From: Clostridium felsineum DSM 794
Lineage (GTDB): Bacteria > Bacillota > Clostridia > Clostridiales > Clostridiaceae
DNA: 32,000 bases
Reading direction: 5' to 3'
Assembly (NCBI RefSeq): GCF_002006355.2
Contig: NZ_CP096980.1
Coordinates: 3,828,814-3,860,813, forward strand
Notes under the pieces: generated by a model
What the model was told of the DNA's origin: nothing
Seen by the model: only the letters and a program-made list of their open reading frames with translations
The model's database searches: none
Program-made: the position numbers and the translations under genes
Part shown: piece by piece, positions 9,742-17,431 of the stretch
How the letters are laid out: each line of letters opens with the position of its first letter
How positions within the stretch are numbered: the stretch's first letter is position 1

Positions 9742-10011
9742 CTGTGAAGAGAAGAGTAATTTTATCGATAGTTTTCAGAGAGTCTGCGTTGGTGTAAGCA
9801 GATAACTTCTTTAAAATGAAGCAAGTCTTGGAGCTACATATTGGATTGCTTTGCTTTTTAAGTATGATACTATGTCGTTTGTCTGCGTTATTAGACTTTT
9901 TAGAGTATTTAATGTACTTACTGAGGCTTTTATGGTGACGTAAAAGTGAATTAGGGTGGTACCGCGATTTTAATCGCCCCTTGGAATATTATTATTTCAA
10001 GGGGTGTTTTT
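9742..10011 (+). promoter_or_regulatory. T-box riboswitch leader, methionine specifier (AUG)
   Basis: Stem I elements are present: GA/K-turn motif TGTGAAGAGAAGAGTA, then CAGAGAG, then GGTGTAAG. A candidate specifier AUG at 9816-9818 is followed by a purine. The canonical T-box AATTAGGGTGGTACCGCG covers 9949-9966, and its UGGU would pair with an A73 discriminator. The terminator is CCCCTTGGAA (9977-9986) / TTTCAAGGGG (9995-10004) plus TGTTTTT. Confidence 0.85.
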
Positions 10012-11985
10012 ATGATTTCGAAAAGATTAATGCCAGGAGAACGTCCTACCTTTCCAAAAAAAGCAGTAGTTACTGCTGGTATGCCTTATGGTAATAAAAA
10101 TCTTCACTTTGGGCATGTTGGAGGTATGTTTGTTCACGCTGACGTTTATGCAAGATTTTTAAGAGATAGAATTGGAAAAGAAAACGTAATCTTCGTTTCT
10201 GGAACAGATTGTTACGGTTCGCCAATTTTAGAAAGCTACAAAAAACTTAAAGAAGAAGGTTTTCAAGGAACTATTGAAGATTATGTAACAAAAAATCACA
10301 ATAGTCAGAAGGAAACTTTAGATAAATATGATATTAGTCCAAATCTTTTTGGAACTTCTGCTCTAGGAAGATGTGGAGAAATTCATCAAGAAGTCTCTAC
10401 TGAAATTTTTGAAGAACTTTATAAAATGGGCTACATAAAAAAGATTTCTACTCCCCAATTTTATGACGAAGAATTTGGCGTTTTCTTAAACGGACGTCAG
10501 GTACTTGGAAAATGTCCAATTGCAGGTTGTACTTCAGAACATGCCTATGCAGATGAATGTTCACTAGGACACCAATATATGCCAAGCGACTTATTACATC
10601 CTGTCTCCGCATTATCAGGAAAAACTCCAGCCTTTAGAGATGTTACAAACTGGTATTTTGTTCTTGATGATTGCATAGATGAACTCGCCGAAAGAGTTAG
10701 TTATCTAAGAAAAAACAGTAATACTCGTAAATATCAACTGAATATAATTGATGAGTTCTTGAAAAAACCAATGCTTCATGTACCAAGAAAGTATTTTTCA
10801 GATTTAGCAGATTTAGAATCAAAATTGCCAAAGCACACAACAATAGATGATGAAAAGAAAAAATCTGTAACTTTTGAATTCGAATCACTTGAAGTAAGAG
10901 ATGAAGCAAGAAAAGCCTTAGAAGGTTTAGGTATTTTTTATACTGCAGGTAAAACTTTAGTTCCATTTAGATTATCAGGTAATGTTGAATGGGGAGTAAA
11001 AGTTCCTGAAAAAGAAGATTTAAAGAATTTAACTTTTTGGGTATGGCCAGAATCCTTATGGGCTCCTATTTCATTTACTAAAGCATACTTAGAATCAATA
11101 GGTAAAGATAAAGATGCTTGGACTAAATGGTGGTGTGATGATGAAGCATTAGTTTATCAATTTATTGGAGAAGATAATATATATTTCTACTCAATTGCTG
11201 AAATGGGAATGTTTCAGGCTCTAGCCAAAGGTGATACAAAAATCAATTTACCTCATATAATACCAAATCGCCATATTTTATTTATGGATACAAAAGCTAG
11301 TAGCAGTTCTGCAATTAAGCCACCTATGGCAGATGAACTTCTTAACTACTATACTGCCGAACAACTAAGAATGCACTTTCTTGGTCTTGGTCTTTCTAAC
11401 AAAAGTACAGGATTTAAACCACAAGTATTCATGAAAGAAGAAGATAGAGTTGGAGTTGACATGGTTCTTAAGGATGGTAATTTATTAACTAATGTATACA
11501 ATAGATTAATACGTTCTTGTTTCTATTCTGCTCAAAGTTATTTTGATGGAAAACTTTTAGTAGGAACTGTAAGTGACCATATTAAGGATTTAATAGAGAA
11601 AAAAGTTCTTGAATACGAAAAGCATATGTATAATCATGACTTCCATAGAATTGCATATGTGATGGATGAATTAATAAGAGAAGTAAATAAATACTGGTCT
11701 AGCAAAAGCCGCAGCGCAAATGATAATGATGATGAAGCTTTGAAAAAACAAACTTTAGTAGATTGTTTTTATGCTTGTAAGGTAATAGCCATATTGCTTC
11801 ATCCGATAGCTCCAAAAGGCTGTGAAATGTTCGCTGATTATTTAAATATTGGTGAAGAGCTTTGGAACTGGGATACTATATTTGATCCAATAGAAAACTA
11901 CAATAATTTCAACTCCGATCATAAATTAAAGTTCTTAGAACCAAGAGTAGATTTTTTTGCAAAACATGAAAATCAATTTAATTAG
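10012..11985 (+). CDS. metG: Methionine--tRNA ligase, divergent form (HFGH / KASSS motifs)
   Basis: 657 aa. MPYGNKNLHFGH is a HIGH-type motif. A zinc-knuckle-like CPIAGC...DECSLGH sits in the connective peptide. KASSS occupies the KMSKS position (nt 11293-11307), followed by a MetRS-like P..ADELLNYYTAEQLRMHFL. The gene is preceded by a T-box with an AUG specifier. Confidence 0.8.
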   Translation: MISKRLMPGERPTFPKKAVVTAGMPYGNKNLHFGHVGGMFVHADVYARFLRDRIGKENVIFVSGTDCYGSPILESYKKLKEEGFQGTIEDYVTKNHNSQKETLDKYDISPNLFGTSALGRCGEIHQEVSTEIFEELYKMGYIKKISTPQFYDEEFGVFLNGRQVLGKCPIAGCTSEHAYADECSLGHQYMPSDLLHPVSALSGKTPAFRDVTNWYFVLDDCIDELAERVSYLRKNSNTRKYQLNIIDEFLKKPMLHVPRKYFSDLADLESKLPKHTTIDDEKKKSVTFEFESLEVRDEARKALEGLGIFYTAGKTLVPFRLSGNVEWGVKVPEKEDLKNLTFWVWPESLWAPISFTKAYLESIGKDKDAWTKWWCDDEALVYQFIGEDNIYFYSIAEMGMFQALAKGDTKINLPHIIPNRHILFMDTKASSSSAIKPPMADELLNYYTAEQLRMHFLGLGLSNKSTGFKPQVFMKEEDRVGVDMVLKDGNLLTNVYNRLIRSCFYSAQSYFDGKLLVGTVSDHIKDLIEKKVLEYEKHMYNHDFHRIAYVMDELIREVNKYWSSKSRSANDNDDEALKKQTLVDCFYACKVIAILLHPIAPKGCEMFADYLNIGEELWNWDTIFDPIENYNNFNSDHKLKFLEPRVDFFAKHENQFN

Positions 11986-12003
11986 TCTTTAATGATTTAA
12001 TAA

Positions 12004-12043
12004 AATGTCAAGCTAAGTGTATTTTAGCTTGACATTTCTTTAT
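12004..12043 (+). terminator. Rho-independent terminator of metG
   Basis: Perfect 13-bp inverted repeat AATGTCAAGCTAA (12004-12016) / TTAGCTTGACATT (12024-12036) followed by a T-rich tract (TCTTTAT). Confidence 0.75.
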
Positions 12044-12078
12044 GACAACTAAACTATTGTAAGTTTATTACCACGATA

Positions 12079-12087
12079 TGCTATAAT
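12079..12087 (+). promoter_or_regulatory. Extended -10 promoter element for the 102-aa gene
   Basis: TGCTATAAT (TGn + TATAAT) about 34 nt upstream of the ATG at 12121. A possible -35 TTGTAA has a long 19-nt spacer. Confidence 0.4.
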
Positions 12088-12120
12088 ATTCTTATTAATG
12101 TATATAAGGAGGCTTTAAAC

Positions 12121-12429
12121 ATGAAAGTTAATGCAGCATTTATTTTTGTAGCACCAGAGGTTGATTATAAAAAACATAGAACCGCTATTGATACTCCTGT
12201 TGTTCATTTAAATGTAGTAGGAGTAAAGAATTATAGTGAAGCAGTTGAAGTAGCTAAAGAATTAGTAGCTGACGGCGTTAAGGCTATTGAACTTTGTGCA
12301 GGTTTTGGAAATGAAGGAATAGCACTTGTTTCTAAAGCAGTAAAGGGACAAGCTTCTGTTGGTGCAGTTAAATTTGATCATCATCCTGGGTTTGATTTTA
12401 AAAGTGGTGATGAATTATTTAATAACTAG
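12121..12429 (+). CDS. Small conserved hypothetical protein (possibly DUF6506-type)
   Basis: 102-aa ORF with a strong SD (AGGAGG 8 nt upstream) and its own terminator. The composition is globular and alpha/beta-like. The family name is recalled only tentatively. Confidence 0.6.
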   Translation: MKVNAAFIFVAPEVDYKKHRTAIDTPVVHLNVVGVKNYSEAVEVAKELVADGVKAIELCAGFGNEGIALVSKAVKGQASVGAVKFDHHPGFDFKSGDELFNN

Positions 12430-12437
12430 AATTTTCT

Positions 12438-12480
12438 TTCTGCACATAATAGCGAATTTTTATTATGTGCAGAAAATTTT
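12438..12480 (+). terminator. Rho-independent terminator of the 102-aa gene
   Basis: Perfect 14-bp inverted repeat TTCTGCACATAATA (12438-12451) / TATTATGTGCAGAA (12461-12474) followed by AATTTT. Confidence 0.7.
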
Positions 12481-13552
12481 ATTCTTTTATTTTTATAAAT
12501 TCTTTAATAGCTTTATCAAAACTCAAATCTTCTAGGTTGTCTAACCAATCATTTAAAATAACCATATACTTTCCTACACTATCTTTACTTTTTAAATAAT
12601 TATATATTATATGAATCTCATCTATGTCATTCTTATCAATATTGATAATTTGTTTTAAAGAATTATTAAAATACTTTTTAATCTTTAATTTTACTTCATA
12701 AACATTCAGCTTACTAATTTCATATTTCTCTGTAAATATAACTTTATTATATCTTATCAAAAATAATTTAATTTCTTTATCATTTAAAATTTCTATAAAA
12801 GCAATATTTATATTATTTTTTATAAAATTAATAATCTTTGTACCATCAATTAAATACTTTATTGCCTTTATATCATCTCTACACTTAACCGCTGCTTCAA
12901 AATCAAGATTTTCAGATGCCTTCTCCATTCTCTCTTCAATTTCTTTAAGTATAGTTAAATCTGTTCCATTAAGCATTTTTATAACTTTACTAATCACACC
13001 ATCATAATATTCTTTAAAAGCCTCATTCTCACACATACCTATACACAAATTCATAGAATATTTAAGGCAACCAGAAATCTTTCTAGCAGCATTTGTACAT
13101 AAAATTTTATTATGCTCTTTTATCCCTAAGATTGCTTTTTCTACAGTATTTTTGCTTGTATATGGTCCAAAATAAAGATTATTATCATCATTATTAGTTT
13201 CAATACACATATCAATACTTGGATATTTTTCATTCATTTTTATTCTTATATAGCAATAACCTTTTGGAGTTTTCATTTGCCTATTATATCTCGGTTTAAT
13301 TTCTTTAATTAATCTGCATTCAAGAAGTAATGCTTCAAATTCTGTATCTGTTAGTATATACTCAAAATCCTTAAGATTTTTCAATAATTTTATAACCTTT
13401 GGAGAACGTGTCTTGGAATTCATAAAATATGATCCAACTCTACTTTTTAAATTCTTAGATTTTCCTACATAAATAGTTGTACCTAATGAATCTTTCATTA
13501 TATACACTCCTGATGATAAAGGTAACTTTTTCACTTTTTCTCTTATATCCAA
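12479..13552 (-). CDS. Stand-alone UvrC N-terminal-half homologue (GIY-YIG nuclease + UVR domain; lacks the C-terminal endonuclease/HhH half)
   Basis: 357 aa with a TTG start at 13552 (AGGAGGG 6 nt upstream). The GIY-YIG region is SGVYIMKD...TIYVGKSKNLKSRVGSY...R..E.LLI. The UVR-like helix hairpin is LDFEAAVKCRDDIKAIKYL. Full-length UvrC is about 600 aa, so the 5'-incision half is missing. Confidence 0.7.
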   Translation of the reverse strand: MDIREKVKKLPLSSGVYIMKDSLGTTIYVGKSKNLKSRVGSYFMNSKTRSPKVIKLLKNLKDFEYILTDTEFEALLLECRLIKEIKPRYNRQMKTPKGYCYIRIKMNEKYPSIDMCIETNNDDNNLYFGPYTSKNTVEKAILGIKEHNKILCTNAARKISGCLKYSMNLCIGMCENEAFKEYYDGVISKVIKMLNGTDLTILKEIEERMEKASENLDFEAAVKCRDDIKAIKYLIDGTKIINFIKNNINIAFIEILNDKEIKLFLIRYNKVIFTEKYEISKLNVYEVKLKIKKYFNNSLKQIINIDKNDIDEIHIIYNYLKSKDSVGKYMVILNDWLDNLEDLSFDKAIKEFIKIKE

Positions 13553-13583
13553 AGCTTTCCCTCCTAAGGACTATTAATTCTAT

Positions 13584-13623
13584 AAAAGCACCATCATAAG
13601 CTAATACTCATGATGGTGCTTTT
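13584..13623 (-). terminator. Rho-independent terminator of the amino-acid permease gene
   Basis: Inverted repeat AAAAGCACCATCAT (13584-13597) / ATGATGGTGCTTTT (13610-13623). On the minus strand the stem is followed by TTTTATAG. Confidence 0.75.
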
Positions 13624-13630
13624 GAAATTT

Positions 13631-15013
13631 TTAATCTTCAAGTTCTCTTTCTTTCGGAATCTTTCCCTTATTTATACCAAAAGCAAAATAAGCTATGATA
13701 ACTATAATGCAGAACACAGCACCGATAAGAAGTGGCATCTGTGTTGAAGAATTAAAGCACATACCCCCTAAAACTAAGCAAAGATATGCTACTACAATAT
13801 AATTTGCATATGGAAAAAGCTTTGATTTAAATGGATGTGTTTTCATTTGCTCTGCATGTTCTTTTCTGAATTTTATTTGACTAATACATAATACAAACCA
13901 TGGAGCCATTCCTGGAAGTACACTTGCACTATAAATATAAACAAACAGCTTTGAATTTGGGTATATATAATTTAAGACTACACCTATTAGTAAACAAACT
14001 AAAGTTGTCCTTATACCATTAGCTGGAACCCCTTCTTTATTTAATTTACCTAAGAATTTAGGTGCTTGACCATTTCTAGCCAATGTATACAGCATACGTC
14101 CACAGCTATAAATTCCACTATTACAACCAGACATAGCTGCTGTAAGAACTACAAAATTTATTATTCCTGCTGCTGCCGTAATTCCAATCTTGGCAAAAGT
14201 CAAAACAAAAGGACTGCCAAGTGAACTGATCTTATCCCATGGATAAATAGTCACAATTACGAATATAGCACCAACATAGAAAATGAGTATACGCCAAATT
14301 ATATTTTTAGTTGCTTTTCTTAATGTATTTTTAGGATCCTCAGCTTCTCCTGCTGTGATTCCAATAAGCTCTACGCCTTGATATGATGCTGTTACCATAC
14401 ATAAAGCAAATAACCAGCCTTTTAAGCCACCAGCAAAAAATCCGCCATGGGCTGTAAGATTTTTAAGCCCTATAGGCACACCATGATTACCAACACCAAA
14501 GAAAATCAAAGAAACTCCAACTATAAGCATAACTACAATAGTAACTACCTTAATTAGTGAAAACCAAAATTCAAATTCACCATAAAACTTAACTGAAGCC
14601 ATATTGGCTGCTGCTAAAATAGCTACACCAATTAGTGCTGGAATCCAAGCCGGCACAGACGGAAACCAAAACTTTACGTAGATTCCAATGGCTGTAATCT
14701 CAGACATACCAACTGCTATCCACATAAACCAATAGCACCATGCTGTAATATATCCTGCTAAGGGAGATATATACTTATTTGCATAATTTGCAAAGGAACC
14801 AGCTAAAGGTTCTACATAAAGCATTTCTCCCATAATTCTCATAATAATATACATAGCAATACCGGCTACGCCATAAGCTAGAAGTACTGATGGTCCTGCC
14901 CATTTAATAGTACTTGCTGATCCCATGAACAAGCCTACCCCAATTGTACCACCTAAAGCTATTAACTCAATATGACGAGCTTTTAGCCCTCGTGATAACT
15001 CTTTTTTTTCCAC
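13631..15013 (-). CDS. APC-superfamily amino acid permease (AAT family, CycA/AroP-like)
   Basis: 460 aa with about 12 TM helices. The N-terminal signature is [38 protein letters not shown]. The start is GTG at 15013 with AAGGGGGA 8 nt upstream. Confidence 0.85.
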   Translation of the reverse strand: MEKKELSRGLKARHIELIALGGTIGVGLFMGSASTIKWAGPSVLLAYGVAGIAMYIIMRIMGEMLYVEPLAGSFANYANKYISPLAGYITAWCYWFMWIAVGMSEITAIGIYVKFWFPSVPAWIPALIGVAILAAANMASVKFYGEFEFWFSLIKVVTIVVMLIVGVSLIFFGVGNHGVPIGLKNLTAHGGFFAGGLKGWLFALCMVTASYQGVELIGITAGEAEDPKNTLRKATKNIIWRILIFYVGAIFVIVTIYPWDKISSLGSPFVLTFAKIGITAAAGIINFVVLTAAMSGCNSGIYSCGRMLYTLARNGQAPKFLGKLNKEGVPANGIRTTLVCLLIGVVLNYIYPNSKLFVYIYSASVLPGMAPWFVLCISQIKFRKEHAEQMKTHPFKSKLFPYANYIVVAYLCLVLGGMCFNSSTQMPLLIGAVFCIIVIIAYFAFGINKGKIPKERELED

Positions 15014-15318
15014 CTGAAATGTCCCCCTTCAGAAATGTCCATCTAAAAATGTTTTTTTTATGCAGACACTTGTTTGTTATTCTAATATTATATTATCACA
15101 ATTTTTTGTTTTTTTCATTTTTTTCTACAAACTTTTCTGCATTTTTTTATATACACTTGAGTTAAATTTTATATTTTATATCAGCACAAATACACTTAAA
15201 ATCTATACTTTATCCATTTTGTAGTGTTAATTATAAAACATTTTAATTTTATAATTAACTAATAAATTTAATTCAATTTTCTTATACTATATTTAAAAAA
15301 TAAAGGGGGAAATACTAA

Positions 15319-15789
15319 ATGAAAATTGTTATTGCTAGCGATCATGCTGGTTTTTCTTTAAAGGAAGAAGTAAAACAATTTCTCCAAAGTAAAAATCATG
15401 AAATTTTAGACCTTGGAACACACAATAGTGATGCCTGTGATTTATCTGATTATATTTATCCTGCGGCATTAGCTGTAGCTGAAGGAAAAGCAGAACGTGG
15501 AATTTTTATAGATGGTGTCGGTTATGGTAGTGCTTTAATTGCAAATAAAATATATGGAGTGTATGCAGCTGTTTGTCAAGATCCTTTTTGTGCTAAACTA
15601 GCTCGTTCACATTCTAACACCAACGTTCTTTGCATTGGTGCAAAAATAATAGGTTCTGCAATAGCACTTGAAACTATAGATAGCTGGATGAATACCGACT
15701 TTTTAAGTAATACACCAAAATACAAATTGCGTGTGGATAAGGTAACTAATATATCTGAAAAACATTTAAAAAAATTATCTGAAATTTAA
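15319..15789 (+). CDS. RpiB/LacA/LacB-family sugar-phosphate isomerase-like protein (LacA-like, Asp at the catalytic Cys position)
   Basis: 156 aa with SD AAAGGGGGA. MKIVIASDHAGFSLKEEV and GIFIDGVGYGSALIANK...RSHSNTNVLCIGAKIIG align with E. coli RpiB GILICGTGVGISIAANK...RQHNDTNVLAFGSRVVG. Confidence 0.75.
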   Translation: MKIVIASDHAGFSLKEEVKQFLQSKNHEILDLGTHNSDACDLSDYIYPAALAVAEGKAERGIFIDGVGYGSALIANKIYGVYAAVCQDPFCAKLARSHSNTNVLCIGAKIIGSAIALETIDSWMNTDFLSNTPKYKLRVDKVTNISEKHLKKLSEI

Positions 15790-15795
15790 ATGTAC

Positions 15796-15833
15796 AAAAG
15801 GCTGTAAATTAATTTAAAAATTTACAGCCTTTT
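15796..15833. terminator. Bidirectional hairpin terminator between the isomerase gene and the RtcB operon
   Basis: Perfect 15-bp inverted repeat AAAAGGCTGTAAATT (15796-15810) / AATTTACAGCCTTTT (15819-15833), with A/T runs on both sides. It lies between the convergent stops at 15789 and 15836. Confidence 0.8.
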
Positions 15834-15835
15834 AA

Positions 15836-17416
15836 CTAATCCCATCTATCTAACTTATATACTACTGCTCCAGTACTGTTTGTAACACGAAATATAGCAT
15901 CAAAGTTATTTCCATATTCTAATTTTATACCACAGGCTGAAGAATTATCATAATCCTCTATTAATGCACTTTTTGAATAAGCTTCAATTGTTGAACGTAT
16001 TTCTCTTAATTCACTTTTAAGATTAGCTGGAAATATTGCATTTCCTGCATCCATATATTCAGTATCTTTAGCTCCTTCTAAAATAAAAAATACACTTTTA
16101 CTTTGATTAGGATAATCGCCAAACCACATAGAAGGCTGCATACAAACTGTATTTACTGTGCAATAACCTAAAGAAAGATTCCATTTTTTATATTCTGATC
16201 CCCCTTGATAAACATACCATGAAAAAGGATTTCGTTTTTCTTCTCTATCCCACTGAAGAATAGGTGGTGCATCGCTATAAGAAGCTGTTAATATTGCTGA
16301 ATAATTTCTTTTTTTATTTTCAACAAGATATTCAATTTTTTCTGCTAATGGAAGAACTGTTTCAGAAAATTTCCTAAATGTAATTGTAATTGGTAGCATT
16401 TCTATATTCTTCTCTTGGCTACTTTTAGTTTTTATATGTGCAAATACTCCACCTTTTTTAGCCTGTTCATTTTTAATCTTAGGTACCCAAACTTTTTCAA
16501 GTTCCTCTACTCTTGCAAATCTACGGACCAAAGATTTTTCAATTCCTAACTCTTTTACTATTTTTTCAGCTCTAGCTATATTTCCTTCTGTTGGTAACGC
16601 CTTAGGACGTTGATAGTTTAATGGGTCCATTTTTTGATTAAATCTATTTCTAATTGTCTCAAATGGCAGATTTAGAACAATGTCATCCAATAAAGTTCCA
16701 ATCATAGAGCTTTTAATATGACAATATCCATTAGGAGCAGTAGCTACTGTCTTCCATAGAATATTATCACTGTTTTTATTATTAGCACATTTATTATGCA
16801 CATCCATTAGCCATTCTGCAATTGATAAACACTTTTCAAATCCATAAAGTGATTCACTTTTTAAAAGCGTAACAGCTTGTTTTACAGTTTCAATTTTATA
16901 CTCTTTTAAGCCTTCCTTTAGTATTCTAAAATCTTCTAATTTCTCTGCACTAACTTGCTTTGCACTAAATAACCTTTTATGATAAACCATTTTAGATGGT
17001 ATATTTACAGATAAATGCTTCCATTTTCCTGTAGCGGGTTGTCCTAGAATTTCTATCTCTGATATAAAAACGCCTTCAACTTTTGAATTTAATACAATAT
17101 TTTTCATAGCTTTAACTGATTCTTTTAAAAAATCCGGTGCAAAACTTTCATTCCAAATAGCAGATTTTATTTTTCCAGCGTCACAAATAGTCACTAAAGC
17201 TCCATATTTTTCAATAAAACTTTTGCACGTTTTACAATTATAATGCTGACGTGATTTTTCTGGTAAATTGCTTAAATACGCATCAAATAATCCTTCAGCA
17301 TTAGTTACAAATAACTTCTTTTCTTCTTTAACGATAGACTCAAATTGTTTTTTAACAGCTTCTAAAAAATATTTATACTCATAACTGTTTTCCCTCATCA
17401 TTAGTTTTTCGCACAT
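15836..17416 (-). CDS. 526-aa protein of unknown function, third gene of the WYL/RtcB operon
   Basis: Long ORF. The ATG at 17416 has GGGGAG 6 nt upstream, placed directly after the RtcB-fusion stop (TAG 17434-17432). There are no TM segments. The protein has a single CxxC (HYNCKTCKSF, C61/C64) and a conserved-looking C-terminal segment FPANLKSELREIRSTIEAYS. I see no catalytic motif I can name. Confidence 0.8.
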   Translation of the reverse strand: MCEKLMMRENSYEYKYFLEAVKKQFESIVKEEKKLFVTNAEGLFDAYLSNLPEKSRQHYNCKTCKSFIEKYGALVTICDAGKIKSAIWNESFAPDFLKESVKAMKNIVLNSKVEGVFISEIEILGQPATGKWKHLSVNIPSKMVYHKRLFSAKQVSAEKLEDFRILKEGLKEYKIETVKQAVTLLKSESLYGFEKCLSIAEWLMDVHNKCANNKNSDNILWKTVATAPNGYCHIKSSMIGTLLDDIVLNLPFETIRNRFNQKMDPLNYQRPKALPTEGNIARAEKIVKELGIEKSLVRRFARVEELEKVWVPKIKNEQAKKGGVFAHIKTKSSQEKNIEMLPITITFRKFSETVLPLAEKIEYLVENKKRNYSAILTASYSDAPPILQWDREEKRNPFSWYVYQGGSEYKKWNLSLGYCTVNTVCMQPSMWFGDYPNQSKSVFFILEGAKDTEYMDAGNAIFPANLKSELREIRSTIEAYSKSALIEDYDNSSACGIKLEYGNNFDAIFRVTNSTGAVVYKLDRWD

Positions 17417-17431
17417 TACTATCTCCCCAAT

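Noticed and set aside
10697-10966. Minus-strand 89-aa ORF inside metG
   Set aside because: It is antisense to a motif-supported aminoacyl-tRNA synthetase gene and is L/H/Q-rich low-complexity sequence.
14944-15165. Plus-strand 73-aa ORF spanning the permease start and the intergenic region
   Set aside because: It overlaps the permease N-terminus in antisense and then runs through a T-rich promoter region. The F/L-rich translation is an artefact of poly-T tracts.
15014-15318. Possible riboswitch or attenuator in the permease leader. GAAATGTCC is directly repeated at 15016-15024 and 15032-15040, and a 5-bp hairpin CTGAA/TTCAG lies around the SD.
   Set aside because: The stem is only 5 bp. I could find no conserved riboswitch core (L-box, glycine, T-box or SAM), and the rest of the leader is featureless A/T. 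The evidence is too weak to call.
15836-17416. The 526-aa protein as a Ro60/TROVE-vWA orthologue. Ro is the classic RtcB operon partner and has a similar size.
   Set aside because: I could not find a vWA MIDAS motif (DxSxS) or a recognisable TROVE-like pattern. No Y-RNA-like structured gene is adjacent either, since the intergenic gaps in the operon are 15 nt or less.
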